In this document: piece by piece, positions 51,673-62,158 of the stretch | Position numbering within the stretch: position 1 is the stretch's first letter | Layout: the number at the start of each line of letters is the position of its first letter | NCBI GenBank assembly: GCA_965219385.1 | Contig: CBDCNM010000002.1 | Location: 282,639-346,638 of the forward strand | DNA from: Candidatus Latescibacterota bacterium | GTDB lineage: Bacteria; Latescibacterota; UBA2968; UBA8231 | Length of the DNA: 64,000 nucleotides | Reading direction: 5' to 3' | Notes under the pieces: model-generated | What the model saw: only the letters and a program-made list of their open reading frames with translations | Database searches by the model: none | Told to the model about the DNA's origin: nothing | Position numbers and translations under genes: made by a program

Positions 51673-54600
51673 ATGACCGAGAAAATCTCAATCCATGTGG
51701 CTCTACAAGATTTCGCCGCCTCTGTGACAGCCAAAATGACGCAGGCCACCGCTGGCGAGCCCGAAGACCAGGTGCGCAGTCCGTTCGAGACCTTCATGGC
51801 CGATGCGGCCCGCGCGCGCGGCTGGAACGTCGTCTGCACGGGCGAAACACCCCTGCCCGACCGTCTCGGCCGGCCCGGATTACGCTGCCCATCGCAACCA
51901 ACTACTCGCCGGATATGTCGAGCTCAAAGCCCCTGGTGTCGGCGCAACACCCACTCGTTTCAGAGGCCACAACCGCGATCAGTTCAAGCGCTTCTCTGCT
52001 ATTCCCAACATTCTCTACACCGACGGCAATGAGTGGGCGCTCTATCGCGGCGGCGAACTGGTCGACAAGGTCGTCCGTCTGGCAGGCGATGTCGCCGCCG
52101 ACGGCAGAAAAGCCGTCGCGATAGAGGACGCCCGCGGGGTCGAGCGTCTTTTGCGCGATTTCCTCTCGTGGGAGCCGATCCTGCCACTGGACCGCAACGG
52201 CAAGATCGACCTCAAAGGATTCGCCGAGCTGCTGGCGCCGCTTTGCCGCATGTTGCGGGACGACGTGACGGACGCGCTCAAAGACCCAGGTTCGCCCCTC
52301 GTGCAGCTTGCGGGAGACTGGCGGCAACTGCTCTTCCCGGATGCTTCGGACGAGCAGTTCGCCGACGCCTACGCCCAGACCGTCACCTTCGCCCTGCTGC
52401 TGGGCTGCAGCGAGGGGGCCGATCCGCTCACCCTTGAAAGCGCGAGAGAGGCCCTCGCCGCACAGCACAACCTGCTGTCGCGGGCGCTGCAAGTTCTGAC
52501 GGACCCCGGCGCGCGCGCCGATATAGCCGCTTCCCTCGACCTGCTGCTGCGCGTGATCGATGTAGTACCGCTCGCCACGCTCACCGGTCCCGAGGATCCC
52601 TGGCTCTATTTCTACGAAGACTTCCTCGCCGTCTACGATCCCGATCTGCGCAAGGACGCCGGGGCCTACTTACTACACCCCGGTCGAGGTCGTCCGCGTC
52701 CAGGTGCGCCTGATTGACGACCTGCTCGTCCACCGTCTCGGCAAGCCGCTCGGTTTTGCCGATCCTGGCGTCGTCACGCTCGATCCCGCCGTGGGAACTG
52801 GAACCTATCTGCTCGGCGTCATCGAACACGTCCTCGGCCGCGTCAGAGCCGAGCAGGGCGCGGGAGCGGTCGCCGGCCAAGCCACCGCACTGGCCGAAAA
52901 CCTCTACGGCTTCGAGCTGCTGGTCGGCCCTTACGCGGTGAGCGAACTGCGCGTCAGCCGTGCGCTGCGCGGTAACGGCGCAACGCTGCCCGCCGACGGT
53001 ACGCACATCTACCTGACCGACACCCTCGAAAGCCCACACGCCGAGCCTCCGCGGATGCCGTTTATTCTGCGGCCCATCGCCGATCAGCACAGAAAGGCGC
53101 TCGCAATCAAGAGCGCGGTCCCGGTCATCGTCTGCTTGGGCAACCCGCCCTACGACCGACACGATGCGGTAGATACAGAAAACGAGGCCAATCTTTCTCG
53201 GTATGGTGGATGGGTTCGATTCGGTGACCCTTTGCCCGGAAATACGGTTGAAGGTAAGAGGGAAAAAAGAAGGGAACTCAAGACCGCCGAGGCCCGGCTT
53301 GAAAGAAGACAGCAACTTGCCATCCTGAAGGATTTCCTCAACCCCGCCCTCGCCGCCGGGCACGGTGTCCATGTCAAGAACCTCTACAACCTCTACGTCT
53401 ATTTCTGGCGTTGGGCGCTGTGGAAGGTCTTTGAGCAAGACACCGCCGAAGGCCCCGGCATCGTCAGCTTCATCAGCGCGTCGAGCTACCTCAGTGGTCC
53501 CGCTTTCTCCGGGATGCGCGAGCACCTGCGCCGGATTTGCGACGAAATCTGGATTCTCGATCTCGGTGGCGAGGGACGTGGGTCGCGTAAAAGCGACAAC
53601 GTCTTCGCGATCCAGACACCCGTCGCCATTACTGTGGCTTTCCGTGTGGGGGAAGCGGTAATAGATAAACCCGCGAAAGTTCACTATGCCCGGATTGAGG
53701 GGACACGAGAGGAGAAACTTGCTGCGCTCAACAACATCAACGACTTTGCGAAAGTGAAATGGCAGGATTGCCCGGATAAATAGGGTCAATAGACGATGTT
53801 CCCACCGATTGAGGAGTTTGCGAAAGTGGAATATAAATGGCAGGCCCCGTTTCGCCCGGCAGGTAAAGGCGCTTACTTCGATTGGCCGCTTCTGATTGAT
53901 CTCATGCCGTGGCAGCACTCGGGAGCGCAATTCAAGCGGACATGGCCGATTGCACCAGACGCGGAAACATTGGAACGGCGCTGGCGCGGATTATTAGGTG
54001 CCGAGGATCGCGCTGAGGCGTTCCGCGAGACAGGAGACCGTACCATCAATGGGACGTATCGCGTCGCTCTAACAGATCGGAGCGACTCGACGCCGATTTC
54101 CAAACTACCGAATAACACTCCCCTTCCCGAAGTCCGAAGATACGCGTATCGCTCTTTTGACCGCCATTACATCATCGCGGACGGTCGCTTGATGTCCCGC
54201 CCGCGCCCCGACCTGTGGCACGCCCACGGAGAGCGGCAGGTGTATTTGACGACTCTGCTGAAAGATTCTCTAGGTCAAGGACCAGCGACAACCGCCTGTG
54301 CGTTGATTCCCGACCTGCATCACTTTTCGGGGCGCGGCGCAAAGGACGCGATTCCCCTCTACCACACCGCCGACGTCTCGCAGGCGAACATTACCCCTGG
54401 CCTGCTCGAAATCCTCGGCAAGGCATACCAACGCAACGTCACGCCCGAAGATTTCCTCGCCTACGTTTACGGCGTGCTGGCGCAACCGGCCTTCACCGCG
54501 CAGTTTGAGAACGAGCTGGAAACACGCGAACTGCGCCTGCCCATCACGAAGGAGGCGGCACTGTTCGAGAAAGTCCGCAAGGCGGGCGCGCAATTGCTGT

Positions 54601-55118
54601 GGCTCCACACCTACGGCGAGCGTTTCGTCCCCACGGGACAGACACGCGGTCGTGTTCCGCCCGGTGCGGCCAAATGCGTCAAGGCCGTCCCCGGCGACGC
54701 CGACGGCTACCCCGAATCGTTCACTTACAACGACACAACCCAGACGCTCCGCGTCGGCGAAGGCGAGTTCGCACCCGTCGCATCCGAGGTTTACGAGTTC
54801 GAGGTTTCGGGCCTCAAGGTCGTGCAGTCCTGGCTCAAGTACCGCATGAAGAAAGGGGCCGGCAAGAAATCCTCGCCCCTCGACGACATCCGCCCCGAAC
54901 GCTGGACCAGCCAGTTCACCACGGAATTACTCGAATTGCTCTGGGTTCTGGAGGCGACGGTGAAGTGCTATCCTGAACAGGCGCGGCTGCTCGAAGCCGT
55001 CGTCGCGAGCGACTGCTTCCGGGCCGAGGAATTGCCGCAGGTCCCGGAGGAGATGTGCAAGCCACCAAAGGCACGGACCATCAGTGGTGGCCTGTTCGAC
55101 ACGGAGGATGGCGGTTAA
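51673..55118 (+). pseudogene. Single-chain restriction-modification enzyme (PD-(D/E)xK + N6-adenine MTase + ISP-like specificity domain), disrupted
   Basis: PD...ELK, GAYYTP, LDPAVGTGTYL, GNPPY, YAYRSFDR; frameshifts near 51875 and 52670 and an in-frame TAG at 53781-53783. Confidence 0.85.
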
Positions 55119-55271
55119 CCGTAGCGTGTCCTAATCGTTGTGAGAATTTGTTACCTAATTTTGTGAGAATCTGGTAAAATGGTTGGCCTCCTTATTACAA
55201 GGGAATGCCAACCAAACCTACAAAATTAGGCCACAAATTCCTACATCAATTAGGACACGCTACGGTTAACC
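55113..55271. mobile_element. MITE-like non-autonomous element
   Basis: 23-bp perfect inverted repeat GGTTAACCGTAGCGTGTCCTAAT / ATTAGGACACGCTACGGTTAACC with further internal imperfect IRs; AT-rich; no sizeable ORF. Confidence 0.75.
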
Positions 55272-55448
55272 ACAGTGGGCTATCTTGCCGGCTGTGGATG
55301 TGGACTCTCCTGGGCCGACATGCTTTAGGGAGTTCATCCCAGATCCTCTAATACCGTGCCTCTGGTTTCGGGCCTTCGGCCCGTCGCCCAACCGCTGCGC
55401 GGTGCGGAGCAGGGGCACAAGAACTTTATCCGGCGATTTCGACGGCCC

Positions 55449-56183
55449 TCAGCGCAGCAAACCCAGCATTGACTTGAAGCGCAGCAACCACACCGTCCAG
55501 ATCGCCTCGCCCATGATGCGCATGGACATTTTGGAGACCCCCGCGGCCCGGTCGTAGAAAATGATGGGGATTTCCTTGATCCTGAAACCCTTTTCCCAGG
55601 CCCGCATAGTGACCTCGACCTGAAAGGCGTAGCCTGAAGCGTGTACCGCATCCAAATCGATGGCCTCCAGAACCTGGCGCCTGAAGCACTTGAAACCGCC
55701 GGTGACGTCGCGGATCCCCATGCCCGTGACCAGACGGGCGTACCCATTGGCGTAGTACGACAGCAACAGCCGCCCGATGGGCCAGTTGATCACATTGACC
55801 CCGGACACGTAGCGCGATCCCAGGACCAGATCGTGCTGTTCTATTTCTCTGAGGTGGTCCTTCAGGTATTCGGGCCGGTGGGAAAAATCGGCGTCCATTT
55901 CGAAGACCAGATCAAAGCCGCGTTCAATAGCCCATTTGAAACCGGCGATATAAGCCCGGCCCAAGCCCTCCTTACAGGCTCGGTGCAAGACATTGACGCG
56001 CTCGCATTGCGCGGCCAGGCCGTCGGCCAGTTCGCCCGTGCCATCGGGTGAATTGTCGTCGACCACCAGCACGTGCAGCCGCGGATCCACGGGCAGAACG
56101 GCTTGGAGCAGGGCCTCTATATTGTCGCGTTCGTTGTAGGTAGGGATGACGATGAGGGCGCGTTCGCCGAGTGGAGAAGACAT
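55449..56183 (-). CDS. Polyprenol monophosphomannose synthase (GT2, DPM1-like)
   Basis: IIPTYNE, VDDNSPDGTG, EMDADFSH, GYAFQVE. Confidence 0.9.
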   Translation of the reverse strand: MSSPLGERALIVIPTYNERDNIEALLQAVLPVDPRLHVLVVDDNSPDGTGELADGLAAQCERVNVLHRACKEGLGRAYIAGFKWAIERGFDLVFEMDADFSHRPEYLKDHLREIEQHDLVLGSRYVSGVNVINWPIGRLLLSYYANGYARLVTGMGIRDVTGGFKCFRRQVLEAIDLDAVHASGYAFQVEVTMRAWEKGFRIKEIPIIFYDRAAGVSKMSMRIMGEAIWTVWLLRFKSMLGLLR

Positions 56184-56231
56184 GAACGGAGTTTAGTTTT
56201 TTTGCTGCAAAAGAGCAAGTGCCAACGCCCG

Positions 56232-57839
56232 TCACCCGCCCCGGCGCAGCACCTGCCCGCCCCGCGCCCCGGTCCACGTCCCGTCTTCGAGGGCGGGCAC
56301 GCCGTTGACCAGCACGTGGACCATGCCCCGGGCGGTGAGGTTGGGCGCGGCGACCGTGCCCCGTTCGCGGAAGATCTGGCCGTCGAACACCGCCAGATCG
56401 GCCCAGGCGCCCGGGCGGATCGTCCCCCGGTCTTCCAGACCCAGGCGGCCAGCCGGCAGCCCGGTGAGGCGGTGGACGGCCGCCTCCGGGGACAAAAGAC
56501 CCGTATCGCGCACAAAGTGCCGGAAAAACCAGCCCGCCCAGGTATAGGCCCCGTGGAAGACAGCCCCTTGCAGCGGACCGTCGGGGCACAGGGCCGTGGC
56601 ATCCGAGCCGACCATGCAGCGCGGGTGCGCGAACACCCGGCGCACATCGTCTTCCCGGTAGCAAAAGGCCAGGATCATCGGCTCGTGGACCCGGTCGAGC
56701 GCCGTCAGCAATAACTCGCAGATGAGTTCGACGGGCTCCAGCCCCATATCCCGGCCAATGCCGGCTAGGCTCTGCCCGGCCAGCCCGGGACAGGGCCCGT
56801 ACTGCGACAAGAGGATCCGCTGCCAACCGCCCCGGGCCAGCCCCGCCACAATACTGCGGTACGCCCCCACTCGCCGCCGCACCTCGGGATCGCGCAGCCG
56901 CGCCGCCACTGCGGCCTGGTCGCCCTCCAGCACCTCGGGCGGCAGCGCGGCGCTCAGATTCGTCGTGCCGAACAACCGCGTGTGCATATCGAAGTCCACG
57001 TCCAGCCCGGCCCGCCGCGCCCGGTCCACCTGCTCCAGGGCCCCATCCACGGCTCGGGCTCCGTCCGCGGCCAGCCGCGCCACCACCGAGATATGGGAAA
57101 TCTGCAGGGCCACCCCCGCGGTTTGAGCCGTGCGGATGGCCTCGGCAATGGTCTCCTGGTCCTCGCCCGCCCGATTGCGCGTATGGGTGGCGTACAAACC
57201 CCCGCACCCGGCCACCACGCCGCACAACTCGGCGATCTCTTCCTCGGAGCAGGCCCGCTCCGGCCCGTATTCCAGACCCGTGGAAAAACCAAAGGCGCCC
57301 TCCTCCAGGCCCGCCTGCAACAGCCCCTTCATGCGCCTCAACTCATCCGGCGTGGAAGGCCGGTCCACCAGGCCGGCTACGGCCAGGCGCAGCCGGCCGT
57401 TGGGCACCAGGGTCAGCACGTTGACCGCCGGCCGGCGCTCTTGCAGCCGTTCGAGGTACTGGCCCACGCTGCGCCAGTCAATGGGATAGTCGGCCACGTA
57501 CCCGTAGATATTCATCCGGGCGGTGGTCGGATCGGCCAGGGGGGCGCAGCCGTGGCCGCAGTTGCCCACCACTTCCAGGGTCACTCCCTGGGCAATCGAA
57601 CTCATCGCCCGAGGGTCGGCCAGCAAAGTAAAATCGGAATGACTGTGGATGTCGATAAAACCCGGCGCGACCCACAGACCCGCGGCTTCCAGCACCCGGT
57701 CCGTCGTCCCGGGCCATCGAGGCCCCACGTACGCGATGCGGCCGTCTTTGATCGCCACATCCGCGGTCAGGGGTGCCTTGCCCGTGCCGTCGATTACGGC
57801 GCCGCCCCTGACGAGCAGATCCGCCGGCGCCGGGCTCAT
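56232..57839 (-). CDS. N-acyl-D-amino-acid deacylase (D-aminoacylase family)
   Basis: PGFIDIHSHSD, GNCG, FSTGLEY, GSD, ADLAVFD. Confidence 0.9.
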   Translation of the reverse strand: MSPAPADLLVRGGAVIDGTGKAPLTADVAIKDGRIAYVGPRWPGTTDRVLEAAGLWVAPGFIDIHSHSDFTLLADPRAMSSIAQGVTLEVVGNCGHGCAPLADPTTARMNIYGYVADYPIDWRSVGQYLERLQERRPAVNVLTLVPNGRLRLAVAGLVDRPSTPDELRRMKGLLQAGLEEGAFGFSTGLEYGPERACSEEEIAELCGVVAGCGGLYATHTRNRAGEDQETIAEAIRTAQTAGVALQISHISVVARLAADGARAVDGALEQVDRARRAGLDVDFDMHTRLFGTTNLSAALPPEVLEGDQAAVAARLRDPEVRRRVGAYRSIVAGLARGGWQRILLSQYGPCPGLAGQSLAGIGRDMGLEPVELICELLLTALDRVHEPMILAFCYREDDVRRVFAHPRCMVGSDATALCPDGPLQGAVFHGAYTWAGWFFRHFVRDTGLLSPEAAVHRLTGLPAGRLGLEDRGTIRPGAWADLAVFDGQIFRERGTVAAPNLTARGMVHVLVNGVPALEDGTWTGARGGQVLRRGG

Positions 57840-59575
57840 GCGCTTTCTGTGGCCCTGGCCGCGGCCAGCTGCGCCCGCAGGGCGGCCGTACCCTCGCGGT
57901 CCACGGTTAGGGCCCCGTCGAGCACCACCCCGTACTGGTCCCGGGCCGCCGCGGGCGAAACCTTGTCGTCGCCCACGTCCCGGGCCACGGCTTCGGGGTC
58001 GCGCTCCAGCGGGTCGCCCCAACCGCCGCCGCCGGCCTGGCGGTGATAGATCACTTCGCCGGCGGCCATGGTGGTGGATATCATCGTCGGCAGGGTCTCG
58101 GCCTCGTCGGCGCGGTAGAGCGTATTGATCGAAGCCGTGCCGGGTCCGCCCCCGTACAGGCCGTAGGGCAGGTGGTCGCGCCGATCCGAGCGGATGGCCA
58201 GGTGCGCCTGGCCATCGAGAAGGCGCCACGACCGCTCGATGGCCAGACCGCCGCGGAAACGGCCCGGCCCGCCGCTGTCGCCCACCAGCCCATAGCGCTC
58301 CACCCGCACCGGGTACTCGGATTCGGCCTGTTCCACGGGGATATTGCTGGCGACATTGGCCGGATTGCACAGCCCGTCGTTGCCGTCGCGGTCCGGCCGC
58401 CCGCCCCAGGTCCCCGACAGCAACTCGTAGTACACGTAGGGCTGGCGGTCGGACCGCTGCCCCCCGATAATCACCAGGGTATTGCCCCCTTCGCCGGCGG
58501 CCATGACCCGATCGGGCAGCAGTCCGGCCAGAGCCCCGAAGACCGTATCGGCCAGGCGGAAGCCGGTGATGCCGCGCATGGACGAAGCCGCGGGCATGAC
58601 CCCGTTGACCACGGTGCCGGGCGGGGCGACAATCTCGAGGGGGCGGAACATGCCCGCGGTATTGGGGATATCCTCGCGCAGCACTGACCGCACGCACAGG
58701 GCCGCCACCGAGGACGTGAAGGAGAGCGTATTGTTGATGGCCCCGCTCACCTGCGGATCAGTGCCGGTGAAGTCGGCCCGCAGCCCGTCTCCCGCCACGG
58801 TGATCTCCACCTGCAAACGCACCGGCGGTCCCCCCACCCCGTCGCTGTCCATATAGTCGACAAAAGTGTGGCTGCCGTCGGGCCAGGAGGCGATTTCGGC
58901 CCGCACCAGCCGCTCGGTATAGTCGATCAGATCCGCGGTGCAGCGCGCAAGGGTGTCGGGGCCGTAGCGGCCGATCAACTCGCCTATGGCCCGGGCGCCG
59001 ATGTGGCAGGCCGCCAGCTGGGCCCGCAAGTCTCCGATGGTCATCTGCGGCACCCGCACATTGGCGCGGATCAGGGCGAACAGGGCCTCGTCGGCCTCGC
59101 CCCGGCGGTAGAGCTTGAGCCAGGGGATGCGCAAACCCTCCTGAAAAATCTCCGTATTGTCGCAGGCCGAACTTCCCGGCAAACGGCCGCCCAGATCGAG
59201 GTGGTGGGCCGTGCTCACGGCAAAAGCCACGCGCCGGCCCTCCGAGAAGACGGGCTGGACAATGAAGATATCCGGGATGTGCATACCCCCTTCAAAAGGA
59301 TCGTTGAGGATGAAGACATCGCCCTCTTCCACATCGTCGCCGTACTTGGCCAGCAGGGTCTCCATGGCAAAGGGCACCGCGCCCAAATGCAGCGGAATGG
59401 TGACGCCCTGGGCGATCATCCGGCCCTCGGCATCGCACAGGGAAGTCGAGTAGTCCAGACAGTCCCGCACAATGGTCGAATAGGCCGTGCGGTAGAGCGC
59501 CATGGCCATTTCGTCGGCCGCCGAAGCCAGGGCGTTGCGCACGATTTCACGCGTGATCGGGTCTATGGCCGCCAT
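57836..59575 (-). CDS. Hydantoinase B / oxoprolinase family
   Basis: IDPITREI, S.IVR...DYS, NDPF.GG.HIPD, EIFQEGLRIP, GGGGWGDPLER. Confidence 0.93.
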   Translation of the reverse strand: MAAIDPITREIVRNALASAADEMAMALYRTAYSTIVRDCLDYSTSLCDAEGRMIAQGVTIPLHLGAVPFAMETLLAKYGDDVEEGDVFILNDPFEGGMHIPDIFIVQPVFSEGRRVAFAVSTAHHLDLGGRLPGSSACDNTEIFQEGLRIPWLKLYRRGEADEALFALIRANVRVPQMTIGDLRAQLAACHIGARAIGELIGRYGPDTLARCTADLIDYTERLVRAEIASWPDGSHTFVDYMDSDGVGGPPVRLQVEITVAGDGLRADFTGTDPQVSGAINNTLSFTSSVAALCVRSVLREDIPNTAGMFRPLEIVAPPGTVVNGVMPAASSMRGITGFRLADTVFGALAGLLPDRVMAAGEGGNTLVIIGGQRSDRQPYVYYELLSGTWGGRPDRDGNDGLCNPANVASNIPVEQAESEYPVRVERYGLVGDSGGPGRFRGGLAIERSWRLLDGQAHLAIRSDRRDHLPYGLYGGGPGTASINTLYRADEAETLPTMISTTMAAGEVIYHRQAGGGGWGDPLERDPEAVARDVGDDKVSPAAARDQYGVVLDGALTVDREGTAALRAQLAAARATESA

Positions 59576-59723
59576 TGCTTCACTCCTTCCTCGTCCGCAC
59601 CTTGCCCGCCACGGTCTCTCTTGCCCGGTACGAGCCCAGAATCTTGACCCTCGTGGAAATAGGCGCGGGCGTCCATTCCTTAAAAAGCGACTAGCGCATC
59701 GGCGTGCTTCACGCTTTTTCCTT

Positions 59724-61811
59724 CTAGCTGGAGCGCGCTTCGATGAGGAGGTGGCCCAGGTAGTGCCGCCGGGCGCGCACATCCGGCGGCACTACAATGG
59801 TGGAATCGCACTCGTCGATGAGCAGGGGCCCCTCGGCCCCCTCGTCGAGGTCCCGGCGGTCGACCACCGGGACGGCCAAGGTCTCGCCGGCGAAATAGGC
59901 CGTCCGACTGTCCCCGCCCGCAACCGGCTGGGCCGCTGTTTCCAGGCCCCGGCCCAGACCTCGCACCCCGGCCTGGCCGACCAGGCGCACGGCCACCACT
60001 TCCACTGGGTTGTCCGGATCGGAGCGATGCCCGTACAGGCGCTCGTGCTCGCGCACAAAGTCGGCGCGCAAGCGGGCCACCCCCTCCGGGCTTATGGGCC
60101 CGTCGACCAGGCCGATGCCGATCTCCGAGGTCTGTCCTCTAAAGCGCACATCGGCGCTGCAGCGCAGTTCGACCTGGTCGGCCCCGAACCCCTCGGCGGC
60201 GAACTGGGCCAGCTGCCGCTCCTGCATCCGGGCCCGGATTTGCTCCAGGGCCGGGGCCTGGAGATTCTCCCCCCCCAGCAGGCAACTGTGCACGTCGTGG
60301 TGCTCCACCCCCGAACACAAAAGCCCCAGGGCGCTGAACAGACCCGGCAGCGGCGGCACCACGACCCGGCCAATGGCCAGGTCTCGGGCCAGACCCGCGG
60401 CGTGGATGGGCCCGGCCCCACCAAAAGCCATCAGGGCGAAGTCGCGCGGATCCCGCCCCCGCTCGGTGGACACGGCCCGCAGGGCCCGCATGGTGCGCGC
60501 ATTGGCAATGCGGTGGATGCCCTCGGCCGCCTGCAGCAAATCCAGTCCCAGGGGCGCGGCAATGCGGTCGTGTACCGCCCGCTGCGCGGCCTCCGCGTCG
60601 ATCGATACTTCGCCGTCGGCCAGGTCCCCGGGGCGGATATAGCCCAGCACCACATTGGCGTCGGTGAGGGTCGGCTCAATCCCCCCCCGCTGGTAGCAGG
60701 CCGGCCCCGGCACGGCCCCGGCGCTGCGCGGCCCCACCCGCAAACCACCGGCCTGGTCCAAAAAGGCGATGCTGCCGCCCCCTGCCCCCACTTCGGCGAT
60801 GTCGATGCTGGGCGCCCGGATCAACTCGCCCCCGCCGCCGATGAGCCGGTTGCCCGCGGACAGCAAGGCGCCCACCTCGTACTCGGGACTGTGCGCGATG
60901 CGGCCCTCTTCGATCATGGCCGCCTTGGCCGTGGTGCCGCCCATATCCAGGGTGATGACCTGGTCCAATCCCAGCTGGCCGGCGGCGAAGCTGGCGCCCA
61001 GGACCCCGGCCGCCGGACCCGATTCGAGGGCAAAGACCGGCCGGCGGGCCGCTTCCCAGTCCGGGGCCAGCCCGCCGGTGGACTGCATGATCAGCAGCGG
61101 CGCGTCCACGCCGCGCTGCTCCAGCCCGTGGCGCAGCGCGCCCAGATAGCGCTGCATCACGGGCTGGACATAGGCGTTGACCGCGGTGGTGGCGCTGCGC
61201 TCGTACTCGCGGCGCTCGGGCAGCACTTCCGACGACAGCGACACCAGCACCCCGGGCACGCGCTTGCGCAAATACTGTCCCAGGCGGCGCTCGTGCTGCG
61301 GAAAGGCGTACGCGTGCAGCAGGCATACGGCCACTGCCTCCACCCCCTCGGCCTCGAGCCGCTCGCCGAGCCGCTCGAGGTCTTTCTCTTCGAGGGGCAC
61401 CAGTATCTCGCCGTCGGCCGCCACGCGCTCGTCCACTTCCAGGCGCAGGCGGCGCTCGATTAGGGGCCGGGGTTTGTCGAAGAACAAATCGTAGAGCTGG
61501 GGGGCCCGGATGCGGCGCAGCTCCAGCACGTCGCGGAAACCCCGGGTGGTGATCAGGGCCGTGCGCGCGCCCCGGTGTTCGAGCACGGCGTTGGTGGCCA
61601 CTGTGGTGCCGTGCGCCACCTCGGCCACGGCACGGCCCGCGGCGCTGATGCGGGGCATGAGTTGGTCGAGGGCAGCCAGCACGGCCCGCTCGAAATGGGG
61701 CGGGGTCGACGGCACTTTGTGGGTCCAGATGCCGCCCCGATCGTCGAGGGCCACCACGTCGGTGAAAGTGCCTCCTACATCGGCACCAATGCGGATGGTA
61801 GAGCGGGTCAT
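59724..61811 (-). CDS. Hydantoinase A / oxoprolinase family
   Basis: DVGGTFTD, HGTTVATNA, ESGPAAG, DMGGTT, GAGGGSIA. Confidence 0.94.
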   Translation of the reverse strand: MTRSTIRIGADVGGTFTDVVALDDRGGIWTHKVPSTPPHFERAVLAALDQLMPRISAAGRAVAEVAHGTTVATNAVLEHRGARTALITTRGFRDVLELRRIRAPQLYDLFFDKPRPLIERRLRLEVDERVAADGEILVPLEEKDLERLGERLEAEGVEAVAVCLLHAYAFPQHERRLGQYLRKRVPGVLVSLSSEVLPERREYERSATTAVNAYVQPVMQRYLGALRHGLEQRGVDAPLLIMQSTGGLAPDWEAARRPVFALESGPAAGVLGASFAAGQLGLDQVITLDMGGTTAKAAMIEEGRIAHSPEYEVGALLSAGNRLIGGGGELIRAPSIDIAEVGAGGGSIAFLDQAGGLRVGPRSAGAVPGPACYQRGGIEPTLTDANVVLGYIRPGDLADGEVSIDAEAAQRAVHDRIAAPLGLDLLQAAEGIHRIANARTMRALRAVSTERGRDPRDFALMAFGGAGPIHAAGLARDLAIGRVVVPPLPGLFSALGLLCSGVEHHDVHSCLLGGENLQAPALEQIRARMQERQLAQFAAEGFGADQVELRCSADVRFRGQTSEIGIGLVDGPISPEGVARLRADFVREHERLYGHRSDPDNPVEVVAVRLVGQAGVRGLGRGLETAAQPVAGGDSRTAYFAGETLAVPVVDRRDLDEGAEGPLLIDECDSTIVVPPDVRARRHYLGHLLIEARSS

Positions 61812-61897
61812 GGGCGCGGTATCACGGGCAGGATCAGGTGGGAGGGATGGGCTCGGTCGTGGCAGATCCGCTGCCGGGCCATTTGCATCTCGTCGTC
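61808..61897 (-). pseudogene. C-terminal remnant resembling CocE/NonD hydrolases
   Basis: ARQRICHDRAHPSHLILPVIP with its stop overlapping the hydantoinase A start (ATGA); GC drops immediately upstream. Confidence 0.55.
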
Positions 61898-62158
61898 CAA
61901 ACCGTTATGTTTCATGCTCATTTGAAGTTTTAAGCAGCGCTTCTCTTGGCAGAGTACGTCGCCGCTTTTCTTCACAATTTAGTAAAACCCCCTCAGTGAG
62001 GCAACCGACGTAAGTTATCTTTGTTGCCAGATCCATGGTGCCGTCTTTCTGGGGAAGGTATCGGTGCCTGGCTGGTCGAAGATACCAACCTGAGGAGACG
62101 GTACCTTGTCAAAAAGTGTCCGAATTATTGATCAATCATCATCGAGGAAGAAGCGAGT

